From: Pristiophorus japonicus
Taxonomy: Eukaryota
NCBI RefSeq assembly: GCF_044704955.1
Contig: NC_091994.1
Span: 87,110,001-87,174,000 of the forward strand
DNA: 64,000 bases
Direction of reading: 5' to 3'
Made by a program: the position numbers and the translations under genes. Below, piece after piece: positions 1-12,287 of the stretch; positions within the stretch are counted from its first letter, which is position 1, and each line of letters starts with the position of its first letter. The notes beneath the pieces are model-generated. The model did not search any database. It saw only the letters and a list, made by a program, of their open reading frames with translations, and had not been told where the DNA came from.

Positions 1-148
1 CTATAAAAGGCCCAGCGGGAGAGTGAGGCGGCGGCAGTTGGAGCAGCGCGAGTCCGGGGTTGGTGAGGCCTATAAAAGGTCCAGCGGGAGAGTGAGGCGG
101 CGGCAGTTGGAGCAGCGCGAGTCCGGGGTTGGTGAGGCCTCTAAAAGG
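1..148 (+). repeat. 69-bp tandem monomers in CR1 5'UTR, each starting with a TATAAAAGG-like motif
   Basis: Units 1-69 and 70-138 are nearly identical; a third partial unit begins at 139 (CTCTAAAAGG). Confidence 0.9.
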
Positions 149-321
149 CGTGGCTTGTGCAGCTACAGGGAGACGGCAAAAAAGAAGTAAAAAGAAACAG
201 AAAGGTGACGTCACAGCCAAAGGGGTAAGTGATTGGCTGGTGAATGGTGAGTAGTTTTTCTTTCTTCTCTTTAACAGTGAGTAAACTTTAACATTGTTGT
301 TGCCTATCTAAAGGTTAAGTC

Positions 322-1262
322 ATGGCAGAAGAGCTCGGTCGCGTGTTATGCTCCTCCTGTACCATGTGGGAACTCAGATACGACTCCAGTGTCCCTGACG
401 ACTACATGTGCGGGAAGTGTATCCATCTCCAGCACCTGACGGTCCGCGTTGCGGAGTTGGAGCTGAGGGTGGATTCACTCTGGAGCATTCACGATGCTGA
501 GAATGACGTGAGTAGCACGTGTAGCGAGTTGGTCATACCACAGGAGAAGGGTCCACAGCCAGATAGGGAATGGAAGACCAACAGGAAGAGTAGTGCAAAG
601 AAGGTAGTGCAAGGGTCCCCTGTGGTCATCCCCTTGCAAAACAGATACACTGTTTTGAGTACTGTTGAGGGAGATGATTCATCAGGGGAGGGCAGCAGCA
701 GCCAAGGTCATGGCACCGTGGCTGGCTCTGTTGTACAGGAGGGCAGGAAAAAGAGTGGGAGAGCGATACTGATAGGGGATTCAATTGTTAGGGGAATAGA
801 TAGGCGCTTCTGCGGCCGCAACCGAGACTCCAGGATAGTATGTTGCCTCCCTGGTGCAAAGGTCAAGGATGTCTCGGAGCGGGTGCAGGACATTCTAAAA
901 TGGGAGGGAGAACAGCCAGTTGTAGTGGTGCACATTGGTACCAACGACATAGGTAAAAAAATGGATGAGGTCCTACAAAACGAATTTAAGGAGCTAGGAG
1001 CTAAATTTAAAAAGTAGGACCTCAAAAGTAGTAATCTCGGGATTGCTACCAGTACCACGTGCTAGTCAGAGTAGGAATCGCAGGATCGCGCAGATGAATA
1101 CGTGGCTTGAGCAGTGGTGCAGCAGGGAGGGATTCAAATTCCTGGGGCATTGGAACCGGTTCTGGGGGAGGTCGGACCAGTACAAACCGGACGGTCTGCA
1201 CCTGGGCAGGCCGGAACCAATGTCCTAGGGGGAGTGTTTGCTAGTGCTGTTGGGGAGGAGTT
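322..1262 (+). pseudogene. CR1 ORF1 (CxxC..CxxC zinc finger, coiled coil, SGNH esterase), frameshifted
   Basis: CSSC..CGKC, then IGDSIVRG, CLPGA, HIGTND and DGLHL motifs split over ORFs 322..1017 and 1043..1228. Confidence 0.9.
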
Positions 1263-4249
1263 AATATGGCAGGGGAATGGGCACCAATGGAGGGAGACAG
1301 AGGGAAACAAAAAGGAGACAAAAGCAAAAAACAGAAAGGAGATGAGAAAAAGTGGAGGGCAGAGAAACGCAAGACAAAGAACAAAAAGGGCCACTATACA
1401 ACAAAATTCTAAAAGGACATGGGTTGTTAAAAAAACAAGCCTGAAGGCTTTGTGTTTTAATGTAAGGAGTATCCGTAATAAGGTGGATGAATTAACTGTG
1501 CAAATAGATGTTAACAAATATGATGTGATTGGGATTACGGAGACGTGGCTCCAGGATGATCAGGGCTGGGAACTCAACATCCAGGGGTATTCAACATTCA
1601 GGAAGGATAGAATAAAAGGAAAAGGAGGTGGGGTAGCATTGCTGGTTAAAGAGGAGATTAATACAATAGTTAGGAATGACATTAGCTTGAATGATGTGGA
1701 ATCTATATGGGTAGAGCTGCAGAACACCAAAGGGCAAAAAACGTTAGTGGGAGTTGTGTACAGACCTCCAAACAGTAGTAGTGATGTTGGGGAGGGCATC
1801 AAACAAGAAATTATGGGTGCATGCAATAAGGGTGCAGCAGTTATAATGGGTGACTTTAATATGCACATAGATTGGGCTAACCAAACTGGAAGCAATACGG
1901 TGGAGGAGGATTTCATGGAGTGCAAAAGGGATGGTTTTCTAGACCAATATGTCGAGGAACCAACTAGGGGGGAGGCCATCTTAGACTGGGTGTTGTGTAA
2001 TGAGAGAGGATTAATTAGCAATCTCGTTGTGCGAGGCCCCTTGGGGAAGAGTGACCATAATATGGTGGAATTCTGCATTAGGATGGAGAATGAAACAGTT
2101 AATTCAGAGACCATGGTCCAGAACTTAAAGAAAGATAACTTTGAAGGTATGAGGCGTGAATTGGCTAGGATTGATTGGCGAATGATACTTGAGGGGTTGA
2201 CTGTGGATGGGCAATGGCAGACATTTAGAGACCGCATGGATGAACTACAACAATTGTACATTCCTGTCTGGCATAAAAATAAAAAAGCGAAGGTGGGTCA
2301 ACCGTGGCTATCAAGGGAAATCAGGGATAGTATTAAAGCCAAGGAAGTGGCATACAAATTGGCCAGAAATAGCAGTGAACCCGGAGACTGGGAGAAATTT
2401 AGAACTCAGCAGAGGAGGACAAAGGGTTTGATTAGGGCAAGGGAAAATGGAGTACGAGAAGAAGCTTGGAGGGAACATTAAGACGGATTGCAAAGGTTTC
2501 TATAGATATGTAAAGAGAAAAAGGTTAGTAAAGACAAATGTAGGTCCCCTGCAGTCAGAATCAGGGGAAGTCATAACGGGGAACAAAGAAATGGCGGACC
2601 AATTGAACAAGTACTTTGGTTCGGTATTCACTAAGGAGGACACTAACAACGTTCCGGATATAAGAAGGGTCAGAGGGTCTAGTAAGGAGGAGGAACTGAG
2701 GGAAATCCTTATTAGTCGGGAAATTGTGTTGGGGAAATTGATGGGATTGAAGGCCGATAAATCTCCAGGGCCTGATGGACTGCATCCCAGAGTACTTAAG
2801 GAGGTGGCCTTGGAAATAGCGGATGCATTGACAGTCATTTTCCAACATTCCATTGACTCTGGATCAGTTCCTATCGAGTGGAGGGTAGCCAATGTAACCG
2901 CACTTTTTAAAAAAGGAGGGAGAGAGAAAACAGGGAATTATAGACCGGTCAGCCTGACATCGGTAGTGGGTAAGATGATGGAATCAATTATTAAGGATGT
3001 CATAGCAGCGCATTTGGAAAGAGGAGACATGATAGGTCCAAGTCAGCATGGATTTGTGAAAGGGAAATCATGCTTGACAAATCTTCTGGAATTTTTTGAG
3101 GATGTTTCCAGTAGAATGGACAAGGGAGAACCAGTTGATGTGGTATATTTGGACTTTCAGAAGGCTTTCGACAAGGTTCCACACAAGAGATTAATGTGCA
3201 AAGTTAAAGCACATGGGATTGGGGGTAGTGTGCTGACATGGATTGAGAAATGGTTGTCAGACAGGAAGCAAAGAGTAGGAGTAAATGGGTACTTTTCAGA
3301 ATGGCAGGCGATGAGTAGTGGGGTACCGCAAGGTTCTGTGTTGGGGCCCCAGCTGTTTACACTGTACATTAATGATTTAGACGAGGGGATTAAATGTAGT
3401 ATCTCCAAATTTGCGGATGACACTAAGTTAGGTGGCAGTGTGAGCTGCGAGGAGGATGCTATGAGGCTGCAGAGTGACTTGGATAGGTTAGGTGAGTGAG
3501 CAAATGCATGGCAGATGAAGTATAATGTGGATAAATGTGCGGTTATCCACTTTGGTGGTAAAAACAGAGAGACAGACTATTATCTGAATGGTGACAGATT
3601 AGGAAAAGGGGAGGTGCAACGAAACCTGGGTGTCATGGTACATCAGTCATTGAAGGTTGGCATGCAGGTACAGCAGGCGGTTAAGAAAGCAAATGGCATG
3701 TTGGCCTTCATAGCGAGGGGATTTGAGTACAGGGGCAGGAAGGTGTTGCTACAGTTGTACAGGGCCTTGGTGAGGCCACACCTGGAGTATTGTGTACAGT
3801 TTTGGTCTCCTAACCTGAGGAAGGAAATTCTTGTTATTGAGGGAGTGCAGCGAAGGTTCACCAGACTGATTCCCGGGATGGCGGGACTGACCTATCAAGA
3901 AAGACTAAATCAACTGGGCTTGTATTCACTGGAGTTCAGAAGAATGAGAGGGGACCTTATAGAAACGTTTAAAATTCTGATGGGTTTAGACAGATTAGAT
4001 GCAGGAAGAATATTCACAATGTTGGGGAAGTCCAGAACCAGGGGTCACAGTCTAAGGATAAGGGGTAACCCATTTAGGACCGAGATGAGGAGAAACTTCT
4101 TCACTCAGAGAGTGGTGAACCTGTGGAATTCTCTACCACAGAAAGTTGTTGAGGCCAATTCACTAAATATATTCAAAAAGGAGTTAGATGTAGTCCTTAC
4201 TACTAAGGGGATCAAGGGGTATGGCAAGAAAGCAGGAATGGAGTACTGA
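1263..4249 (+). pseudogene. CR1 ORF2 endonuclease/reverse transcriptase, interrupted
   Basis: [32 protein letters not shown] and KFADDTK motifs across three ORF pieces. Start coordinate approximate. Confidence 0.93.
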
Positions 4250-4424
4250 AGTTGCATGTTCAGCCATGAACTCATTGAATGGCGGTGCAGGCTAGAAGGG
4301 CCGAATGGCCTACTCCTGCACCTATTTTCTATGTTTCTATGTCATACAGATCAGAAGAACACAGATTTAATCAGTCAATTTTGAGTTGACTGATCTTTGC
4401 TAGGCAACAGATCACAAGATAATT

Positions 4425-4888
4425 ACATATGAGGATGCACAACAGTCCAGAATTGGAGCAGCACAGGGATCTTGAAGGGTTGTAGGGCTGGTGGAGATTA
4501 CAGAGATAAGGAGGGGTGAGGCCATGGAGGGATTTGAAAACAAGGATGAGAATTTTCAAACTGAAGCATTGCTGGACTGGGAGCCAATGTAGGTCAGTGA
4601 GCATAGGGGTGATGGGTGAACGGGACTTGGTGCGAGTTAGGATATGGGCAGCAAAGTTTTGGATTAGCTCAAATTTATGGAGGGTGACAGATGGGAGACC
4701 AGCCAGGAGAGTGTTGGAATAGTCAAGGCCAGAGGTAATCGAGGCATGGATTAGGATTTCAGCAGTACATGAGCTGAGGCAGGAGCGGAGTCAGGCGATG
4801 TTGTGGAGGTGGAAATAGGTGGTCTTGGAGCTGGAGCGGATATGTAGTTGACAGCTCACCTCAGGGTCAAATACTACTCCAAGGTTAC
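4425..4888 (-). mobile_element. L2-clade LINE 3' fragment
   Basis: Minus-strand LTDLHWLPVQQ..LKILILVFKSLHGLTPPYL, the typical L2 ORF2 C-terminus. Confidence 0.85.
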
Positions 4889-5024
4889 AAACAAACATAA
4901 AGTAAATTGTCACTCCAGTGCAGTACTGAGGGAATGCTACATTGTTGAGGGTGCCATTTTTGGATGAAACATTAAACCAAGGCCTTGTCTCTCCATGTCG
5001 AACACCATTTGGAAGAAGCACTGA

Positions 5025-7940
5025 GTGTAGCAAGGGGACAGAATGTACTCTGAGTGGGGGACTTCAATATCCATCACCAAGCGTGGCTCAGTAGTATCAC
5101 TACTGACCAAGCTGGCCAAGTCCTGAAGCACATAGCTGCCAGACTGGGACTGCGGCAGGTGGTGAGTGAACCAACACGAGGGAAAGACCTACTTGACCTC
5201 ATCCGCACCAATCTACCTGTTACAGATGCATCTGTCCATGACAGTATTAGTAGAAGTGACCACCGCACAGTCATTGTGGGGACGAAGTCCCGTCTTCACA
5301 CCGAGGACACCCTCCACTGTGTTGTGTGGCACTACCACCGTACTAAATGGAATAGATTCAGAACAGATCTAGCAGCTCAAAACTGGGCATCCATGAGGCA
5401 CTGTGGGCCATCAGCAGCAGCAGAATTGTATTACAATCTGTAACCTCATGGCCCAGCGTATCCCTCACTCTACCATTACCATCAAGCCAGGGGATCAACC
5501 CTGGTTCATTGATGAGTATAGAAGAGCATGCCAGGAGCAGCATCAGGCGTACCTAAAAAAAAAAAAATGAGGTGCCAACCTGGGGAAGCTGCAACACAGG
5601 ACTACATATATGCTAAAAAGTGGAAGCAGCTTGCCATAGACAGTGCTAAGCAATTCCACAATCAACAGATCAGATCAAAGCTCTGCAGTCCTGCCACATC
5701 CAATTGTGAATGAGGGTGGACCATTAAATAACGAACGAGAGGAGGAAGCTCCATGAGTATCCCATCCTCAATGATGGCAGAGCCCAGTATGCAAGTGCAA
5801 AAGACAAGGTTGAAGCGTTTGCAACCATCTTCAGCCAGAAATGCCGAGTGGATGACCCATATCGGCCTCCTCTCGAGGTCCCCACCATCACAGAAGCCAG
5901 ACTTCAGCCAATTCGATTCACTCCACTTGATAACAAGAAATGTCTGAGCGCACTGGATACAGCAAAGATGATGGGCCCCGACAACACCCTAGCTGTCGTG
6001 CTGAAGACTTGTGCTCCAGAACTAGCTGCGCCTCTAGCCAAGCTGTTCCAGTACAGCTACAAAACTGGCATCTATCCAATAATGTGGAAAACTGCCCAGG
6101 TATGTTATATCCACAAAAAGCAAGACAAATCCAATCCGACCAATTACCGCCCCGTCAGTCTATTCTTAATCAGCAGCAAAATGATGGAAGGTGTCGTCGA
6201 CAGTGCTATCAAGTGGTACTTATTCTCCAATATCCTGCTCACTGATGCCCAGTTTGGGTTCTGCCAGGACCACTGAGCTCCAGACTTCATTACAGCCTTG
6301 GTCCAACATGGGCAAAAGTGCAGAATTCCAGAGATGAGCTAAGAGTGACTGCCCTTGACATCAAGGCAGCATTTGACCGAGTGTGGCATCAAGGAGCCCG
6401 AATAAAACTGAAGTCAATGGGAACCAGGGGGAAAACTCTCCACTGTCTGGAGTCATAACTAGCACAAAGGAGGATGGTTGGAGATCAATCATCACAGCCC
6501 AACCATCTTCAGCTGCTTCGTCAATGACCTTCCCGCCATCATAAGGTCAGAAGTGGGGATGTTCACTGATGATTGTACAGTGCCATTCGCAACTCCTCAG
6601 ATAACGGAGCAGTCCATGCCCACATGCAGCAAGACTTGGTCGACATTCAGGCTTGAGCTGATAAGTGGCAAGTAACATTCCGCCACACAAGTGCCAAGCA
6701 ATGATTATCTCCAACAAGCAAGATTCTAACCACTGCCCTGGCATTACTGTCGCCGAAACCCCCACCATCAACATCCTCAGATTACCATTGACCAGAAACT
6801 TAATTGGACCAGCCACATAAATACTGTGGCAACAAGAGCGGGTCAGAGGCTGGGTATTCTGCGGTGAGTGTCTCACCTCCTGACTCCCCAAAGCCTTTCC
6901 ACCATCGACAAGGCACAAGTCAGGAATGTGATGGAATAAAAACAGAAAATGCTGGAAATCTGAGAAGGTCAGCAGCATCTGTGGAGAGAGAAACAGAGTT
7001 AACGTTTCAGGTCTGTGACACTTCGTCACAACTGGAAAAGTTCGAGCTGTAACAGATTCTTTAGAAAGTGCAGAGGCAGTGAAAGGAGGAAGGGAGAAAA
7101 AGCAAAAAGGAAGGTCTGTGATAGGGTGGAAGGCAGAAGAGGTTTAAGAGACAAAAGGGATGATGGGCAAAAATGTGATGGTAATGGCACAAATTAGAAA
7201 CAAAAGATGAGTAGAAAGGGTGTGAATGGCGGAATCATCGCCAGCTGCCATGGGAAAGAGAAAAAAAAAGGGGCGGGTGTTTGTAAAAAAAAGGGGGAGA
7301 AAGGGAAAAAGAATATGGGCAGAGGTTATGGTCTGAAATTGTTGAACTCTATATTGAGTCCAGAAGGTTGTAAAGTGCCTAACTGAAACATGAGGTGCTG
7401 TTCCTCGAGCTTGTGTTGAGTTTCATTGGAACAGTGTAGGAGGTCGAGGATGGAGAGGTCAGTATTTTGTTTTTGTATTAGCGTGATGGAATACGCTCCA
7501 CTTGCCTGGATGAGTGCAGCTCCAACAACACTGAAGAAGCTCGACACCATCCAGGACCAAGCAGTCCGCTTGATTGGCACCCCATCCACCACCTTGAACA
7601 TTTACTCCCTCCATCACTGGCGCAGTGTGTACCATCTTCAAGATGCAGCAACTTGCCAAGCCTTCTTTGGCAGTACCTCCCAAACCCGTGACCTCTATCA
7701 CCTAGGACAAGGGCAGCAGGCGCATGGGAACACCACCACCTCCCCGTTCCCCTCCAAGTCACACACCATCCTGACTTGGAAGTATATTGTCCTTCCTTCC
7801 TTCATCGCTGGGCCAAAATCCTGGAACTCCCTTCACCACACGGACTGCAGTGGTTCAAGAAGGTGGTTCACCACCATCTTCTTAAAGACAATTAGGGACA
7901 GGCAATTAACGTCTACATCCCATGAATGAATTTAAAAAAT
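5025..7940 (+). mobile_element. Degenerate LINE of a second CR1/L2-group family, split by a Penelope insertion
   Basis: GDFNIHH, SDHRTV and YRPVSL motifs; 3' end CCCATGAATGAAT plus A-run. Related pieces near 14200-14260, 26440-28170 (-) and 30300-30375 (-). Confidence 0.8.
6939..7482 (-). mobile_element. Penelope-like element fragment (GIY-YIG C-terminus plus pLTR)
   Basis: Minus-strand KLEEQHLMFQLGTLQPSGLNIEFNNF; flanked by the 11-bp duplication GTGATGGAATA (6928-6938, 7483-7493). Confidence 0.85.
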
Positions 7941-8309
7941 GGTAAATGCAAAGTTCCCTATACACTGCTCAAGTAAACAGCCAGAAGAAATGCAGTTTCA
8001 GAAGCATACCCTCCAGTATAATATGACAATTTTTATTTCCCACACCCACCAGCCTTGTCACTTTTCTTAGGGAACAGGAAGGGAGACAGTTTTGTGTTGT
8101 GAATGCACAACACATTAGGAGTTGAGCTGTGACACAAACTCATGTCGGACTGACACAACTGAATTGGCCATTTTTATCACATCAGTTTGAGTCACGGTGG
8201 ATACAAACCTAGGTTCCTGCCTCAAGTGAAATACATAAGCAAAAGTTACAGGAAAAATACTTTTGTCTCAAGCGATTTAGTGTAAAACCTGTGTAAAATG
8301 GGTGTAAGC

Positions 8310-10902
8310 AGCTGACAGGGGAAATTATAATGGGGACTAAGAAAATGGCAGAGAAATTAAACAAACACTTTGTGTCGGTCTTCGGAAGAAGACGCAAAAA
8401 AAAACCTGGAAATGGTAGAAAACCAAGTGAGAATGAGGAACTGAAAGAAATTAGTATCTGTAAAAAAAAATAATACTGGAGAAATTAATGGGACTGAAAG
8501 CCGATAAATCATCTGGACTTGATGTCCTACATCCTAGGGTTTTGAAAGAGATGGCTATAGAGATAGTGGATGCATTGCTTGTTATCTTCCAAAATTCCAC
8601 AGATTCTAAAACGATTCCCGCGGATTGGAAAGTAGCAAATGTAACCCCATTATTTAAGAAAGGAGGGAAAGAGAAAACGGGGAACTACAGATCAGTTAGG
8701 ATTGGTCAGAATCAACACAGATTTATGAAAGGGAAATCATGTTAAGACAAATCTGTTTGAGTTTTTTGAGGTTGTAACAAGTAAAATGGATAAGGGGGAA
8801 CCAGCGGATGTGGTGTATTTGGATTTTCATTCGATAAGGTGCCACACAAGAGGTTATTAAACAAAATTAGGGCTCATGGGATTGGCGGTAATATACTAGT
8901 ATGGATTGAGGATTGGTTAATGAACAGAATCAGAGAGTAGGAATAAACGGGTCATTTTCAGGTTAGCAGGTTGTAACTAGTGGGGTACCACAAGGATCAG
9001 TGCTTGGGCCCTAGCTATTCACAATCTATATCAATGATTTGGATGAGGGCACCAAATGTAATATATCCAAGTTTGCTGATGATGCAAAGCTAGGTGGGAA
9101 TTTAAGTTGTGAGGTGGATGCATGTATATTCAAGATAGAGATTGATAGAATTTTGAATATTAAAGGAATGAAGGGATATGGGGATAGTGCAGGAAAGTGA
9201 AGTTGAGGTAGAAGATCAGCCGTGATCGTATTGAATGGTGGAGCAGGCTCGAGAGACCAAATGGCCTACTCCTGCTCCTAATTCTTTTGATGCAAAGAGG
9301 CTTCAAGGGGATATAGACAGGCTAAGTCAGTGGCCAAGAACATGGCAAATAGAATATAAAGTGGAGAAATGTGAAGTTATCCACTTTGATAGGAAAAATA
9401 GAAAAGCAAAGTATTTTTGAAATATTGAGAGATTGGGAAATGTTGATGTTCAGAGTGGGTGTCCTTGTACACGAATCACTGAAAGTTAACATGTAGGTAA
9501 AGCAAACAATCAGAAAAGCAAATGGTATGTTGGTCTTTATTACAAGAGGATTTGAGTATAAGAGTAAAGACTTACTGCAATTAGATTTGGTCCACGCCAC
9601 AAACTGCGTTCCCTAGCCACCGACTCCATCCCTCTCCCTAACATCTGTCTGAGGCTGAACCAGACTGTTCGCAACCTAGGTGTCATATTTGACCCTGAAA
9701 TGAGCTTCCGGCCACATATCTGCGGTATAACTAAAATCGCCTATTTCCATCTCCGTAACATTGCCCGTCTCAGCCCCTGCCTCAGCTCATCTGCTGCTGA
9801 AACCCTCATCCATGTCTTTGTTACCTCTAGACTTGACTACTCCAACACACTCCTAGCTGGCCTCTTATATTCTACCCTACGTAAACTTGAGGTCATCCAA
9901 AACTCGGCAGCCCGTGTCCTAACTCGCACCATGTCCCACTCACTCATCTCCCCTATGCTCGCTGACCTATGATGATGATGATGACATTGGATCCCAGTTA
10001 AGCAATGCCTCGATTTCAAAATTCTCTTCCTTATTTACAAATTCCTCCATAGCTTCCCTATCTCTGTAATCTCCTTCAGCCTCACAACCCCCCGAGATGT
10101 CTGTGCTCCTCAAATTCTGCCCTCTTGAGCATCCCTGATTATAACTGCTCAATCATTGGTGGCCGTGCCTTCAGCTGCCTGGGCGCTAAGCTCTGGAGCT
10201 CCCTAAACCTCTCTGCCTCTCTATCTCTCTTTCCTCTTCTAAGGCGCTCCTTAAAACCTGCCTCTTTGACCAAGCTTTTGGTCATCTGTTGTAATTTCTT
10301 CTTACGTGGCTCGGTATCAAATTTATTGTTTTGTCTTTAACACCCCTGTGAAACACTCCTGTGAAGCGCCTTGGGACGTTTTACTACATTAAAGGCGCTA
10401 TATAAATACAAGTTGTTGTTGTTATAAAGGGCTTTGGTGAGACCACCCCTAGACCTGTATTATGTACGGGTCTGGTTTCTTTACCGAAGGAAGGATATAC
10501 TTGCCATAGAGGGAGTGCAACGAAGGTTCACCAGACTGATTCCTGGGATGGGGGATTGACCTATGAGGAGAGATTGAGTGGACTAGGCCTATCTTCTCTA
10601 GAGTTTAGAAGAATGAGAGATGATCTGATTGAAAGATACAAAATTCTTTCAGGGCTTGACAGGGTAGGTGCAGGGAGGATGCTTCCCCTGGCTGGGGTGT
10701 CTAGAACCAGGCATCACAGTCTTGGAATAGGGGGCCAGCCATTTAGGACTGAGATGAGGAGAAATTTCTTCACTCAGAGGGTGATGAATCTTTGGAATTC
10801 TCCTCCCCAGAGGGCTGTTGGGATGGTGCAGGAAAGTGGAGTTGAGGTAGAAGATCAGCCATGAGCTTATTGAATGGCGGAGCAGGCTTGAGGGGCCGAA
10901 TA
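8310..10902 (+). mobile_element. Older CR1 ORF2 fragment with a nested CR1 3' end (~9123-9288) and a nested L2
   Basis: [17 protein letters not shown] and RRMRDDLIE motifs; the CR1 sequence resumes after 10424. Confidence 0.85.
9584..10424 (+). mobile_element. L2 LINE 3' part nested in CR1
   Basis: AYFHLRNIARL..TSRLDYSN; tail GGCGCTATATAAATACAAG(TTG)n. Confidence 0.9.
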
Positions 10903-11729
10903 GATACCTTTGTGCAGCCTTTAAAAAGGCTCACCAACCTGCACTCTTCAACAGCTGACTTGGGGACAAGCAGGTAAGACGGGAGGAACAGCGCTTGACT
11001 CTTTCACTTCCTTCTCAAATAACTTCAATCGTTTGACTGTACTTTTACAGACCACTCAAGCACCATCTGTACCCAGAGGGCAGCAGAACAGGGTCCCATC
11101 CAGCAGAAGAACATATTTTTTTTACAAATCTAGATCTCCAAGCTCTCTTGCTTCTGCTAGTTCTATTTCTTAATAAATCAGATTATAGCTTAAGGATTTC
11201 ATATAGTATTTTTTTTTCCATTTACTGAAGAGGCCTGGAGAGTATGAAGTATCTTATACTGTATTCAGTGAGCTTGTCGGCTTATTGTTCACTCTAGGCA
11301 TACTACCTCTCACTACTTCACACGCAAGGCCACATTTTGGTTGATGGGAAGCCAGACTGTGGATGTGGCCCTTTTCACTGGGTTCTATTTTTTTTAAGGT
11401 CTACTGTTTTTTTTAAAAATCTGCCTAAAACCCAGCCCTCCCTCTCCAAACAGCACCACAAATTATTATAGAGAGTGCAGCAAGCCTTTGTTCCAATCGT
11501 TGTCTCTGTTACTCAGTATTGATTTGCCTGATTGATTGATTTTGTTTCTAAATTGTTTCTAGTATTTCTATTCGGCTGTCTGATGAGAACTGGGGGAGGG
11601 GTAATCGGTGTCACTATGGATTCATATTCCCTCTGTAAAGCTGAGTGCACATGATGGAAGGTAAGGAATGACATCATCTCAGGGTTTGTTCTTTTGTGTA
11701 ATTTGATCCTTCCATTACCAGCCGCTACC

Positions 11730-11925
11730 ATTTTTAAAATATTATAGCTCAAGAAATAGGAGCTATTTGGACCTTCGAGTCTGCTCCACCATTCAGTAAA
11801 ATCATAGCTGATCTTCGACCTGAACTGCACCTACCGCAATATCCCCATATCCCTTGATTCCCTTAATATCAAAAAATCCATCGATCTCTGTCTTGAATAT
11901 ACTGAACGACTGAATATTATTTTGA
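11730..11925 (-). mobile_element. CR1 3' end fragment
   Basis: Minus-strand IFKTEIDGFFDIKGIKGYG plus CR1 3'UTR. Confidence 0.75.
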
Positions 11926-11934
11926 ATGCTTATC

Positions 11935-12260
11935 AATGACTCAGTTGGTAAAGTCACTGTCCAGTGTGGGGATGAACCATATAGACTGACAAGGACCAAG
12001 GTTCAATCCCCAATTTGTGCTGAGTTAGATGATATCATGAAGGATAGGAATGGGAGTAATAAAATTCACATCAGCACCCCACGTTCAGGAGGGGCGGGGG
12101 AAACATCAGCCAGGGTTTCTACTCCGGATCACAATCCAGTAACCCTCCTGCTGTAGATGTGCTAATATGAACCTTTGGTATAGACAGGATTTGACTTGGC
12201 TGTGCTAACACCCTGGTCAATATCCTGCAAACATTCACTGTCTAGGAACACATATTCAGA
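11935..12260 (+). mobile_element. Old tRNA-derived SINE
   Basis: A-box-like TGACTCAGTTGG and B-box-like GGTTCAATCCC; similar degenerate copies elsewhere in the window. Confidence 0.6.
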
Positions 12261-12287
12261 AAGGGCTGCTAGTTCCCATGAAACTAT

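Larger units (their letters stand above)
1..4342 (+). mobile_element. CR1-clade LINE (HER1-like), near full length, disabled
   Basis: 5'UTR, ORF1, ORF2 (APE endonuclease, RT with FADD motif) and the 3' tail CCTATTTTCTATGTTTCTATGT. Frameshifts near 1010 and 2440; TGG>TGA stop at 3497-3499. The 5' end runs off the window. Confidence 0.95.

Noticed and set aside
1560-2261. 233-aa antisense ORF in CR1 (also 43020..43691)
   Set aside because: It shares the codon register of ORF2 and recurs only because the copies are near-identical; no recognisable domain.
10970-11050. Plus-strand intron-like segment (CAGGTAAGA...TTTTACAG)
   Set aside because: No recognisable flanking exons or ORF; likely chance or transposon debris.
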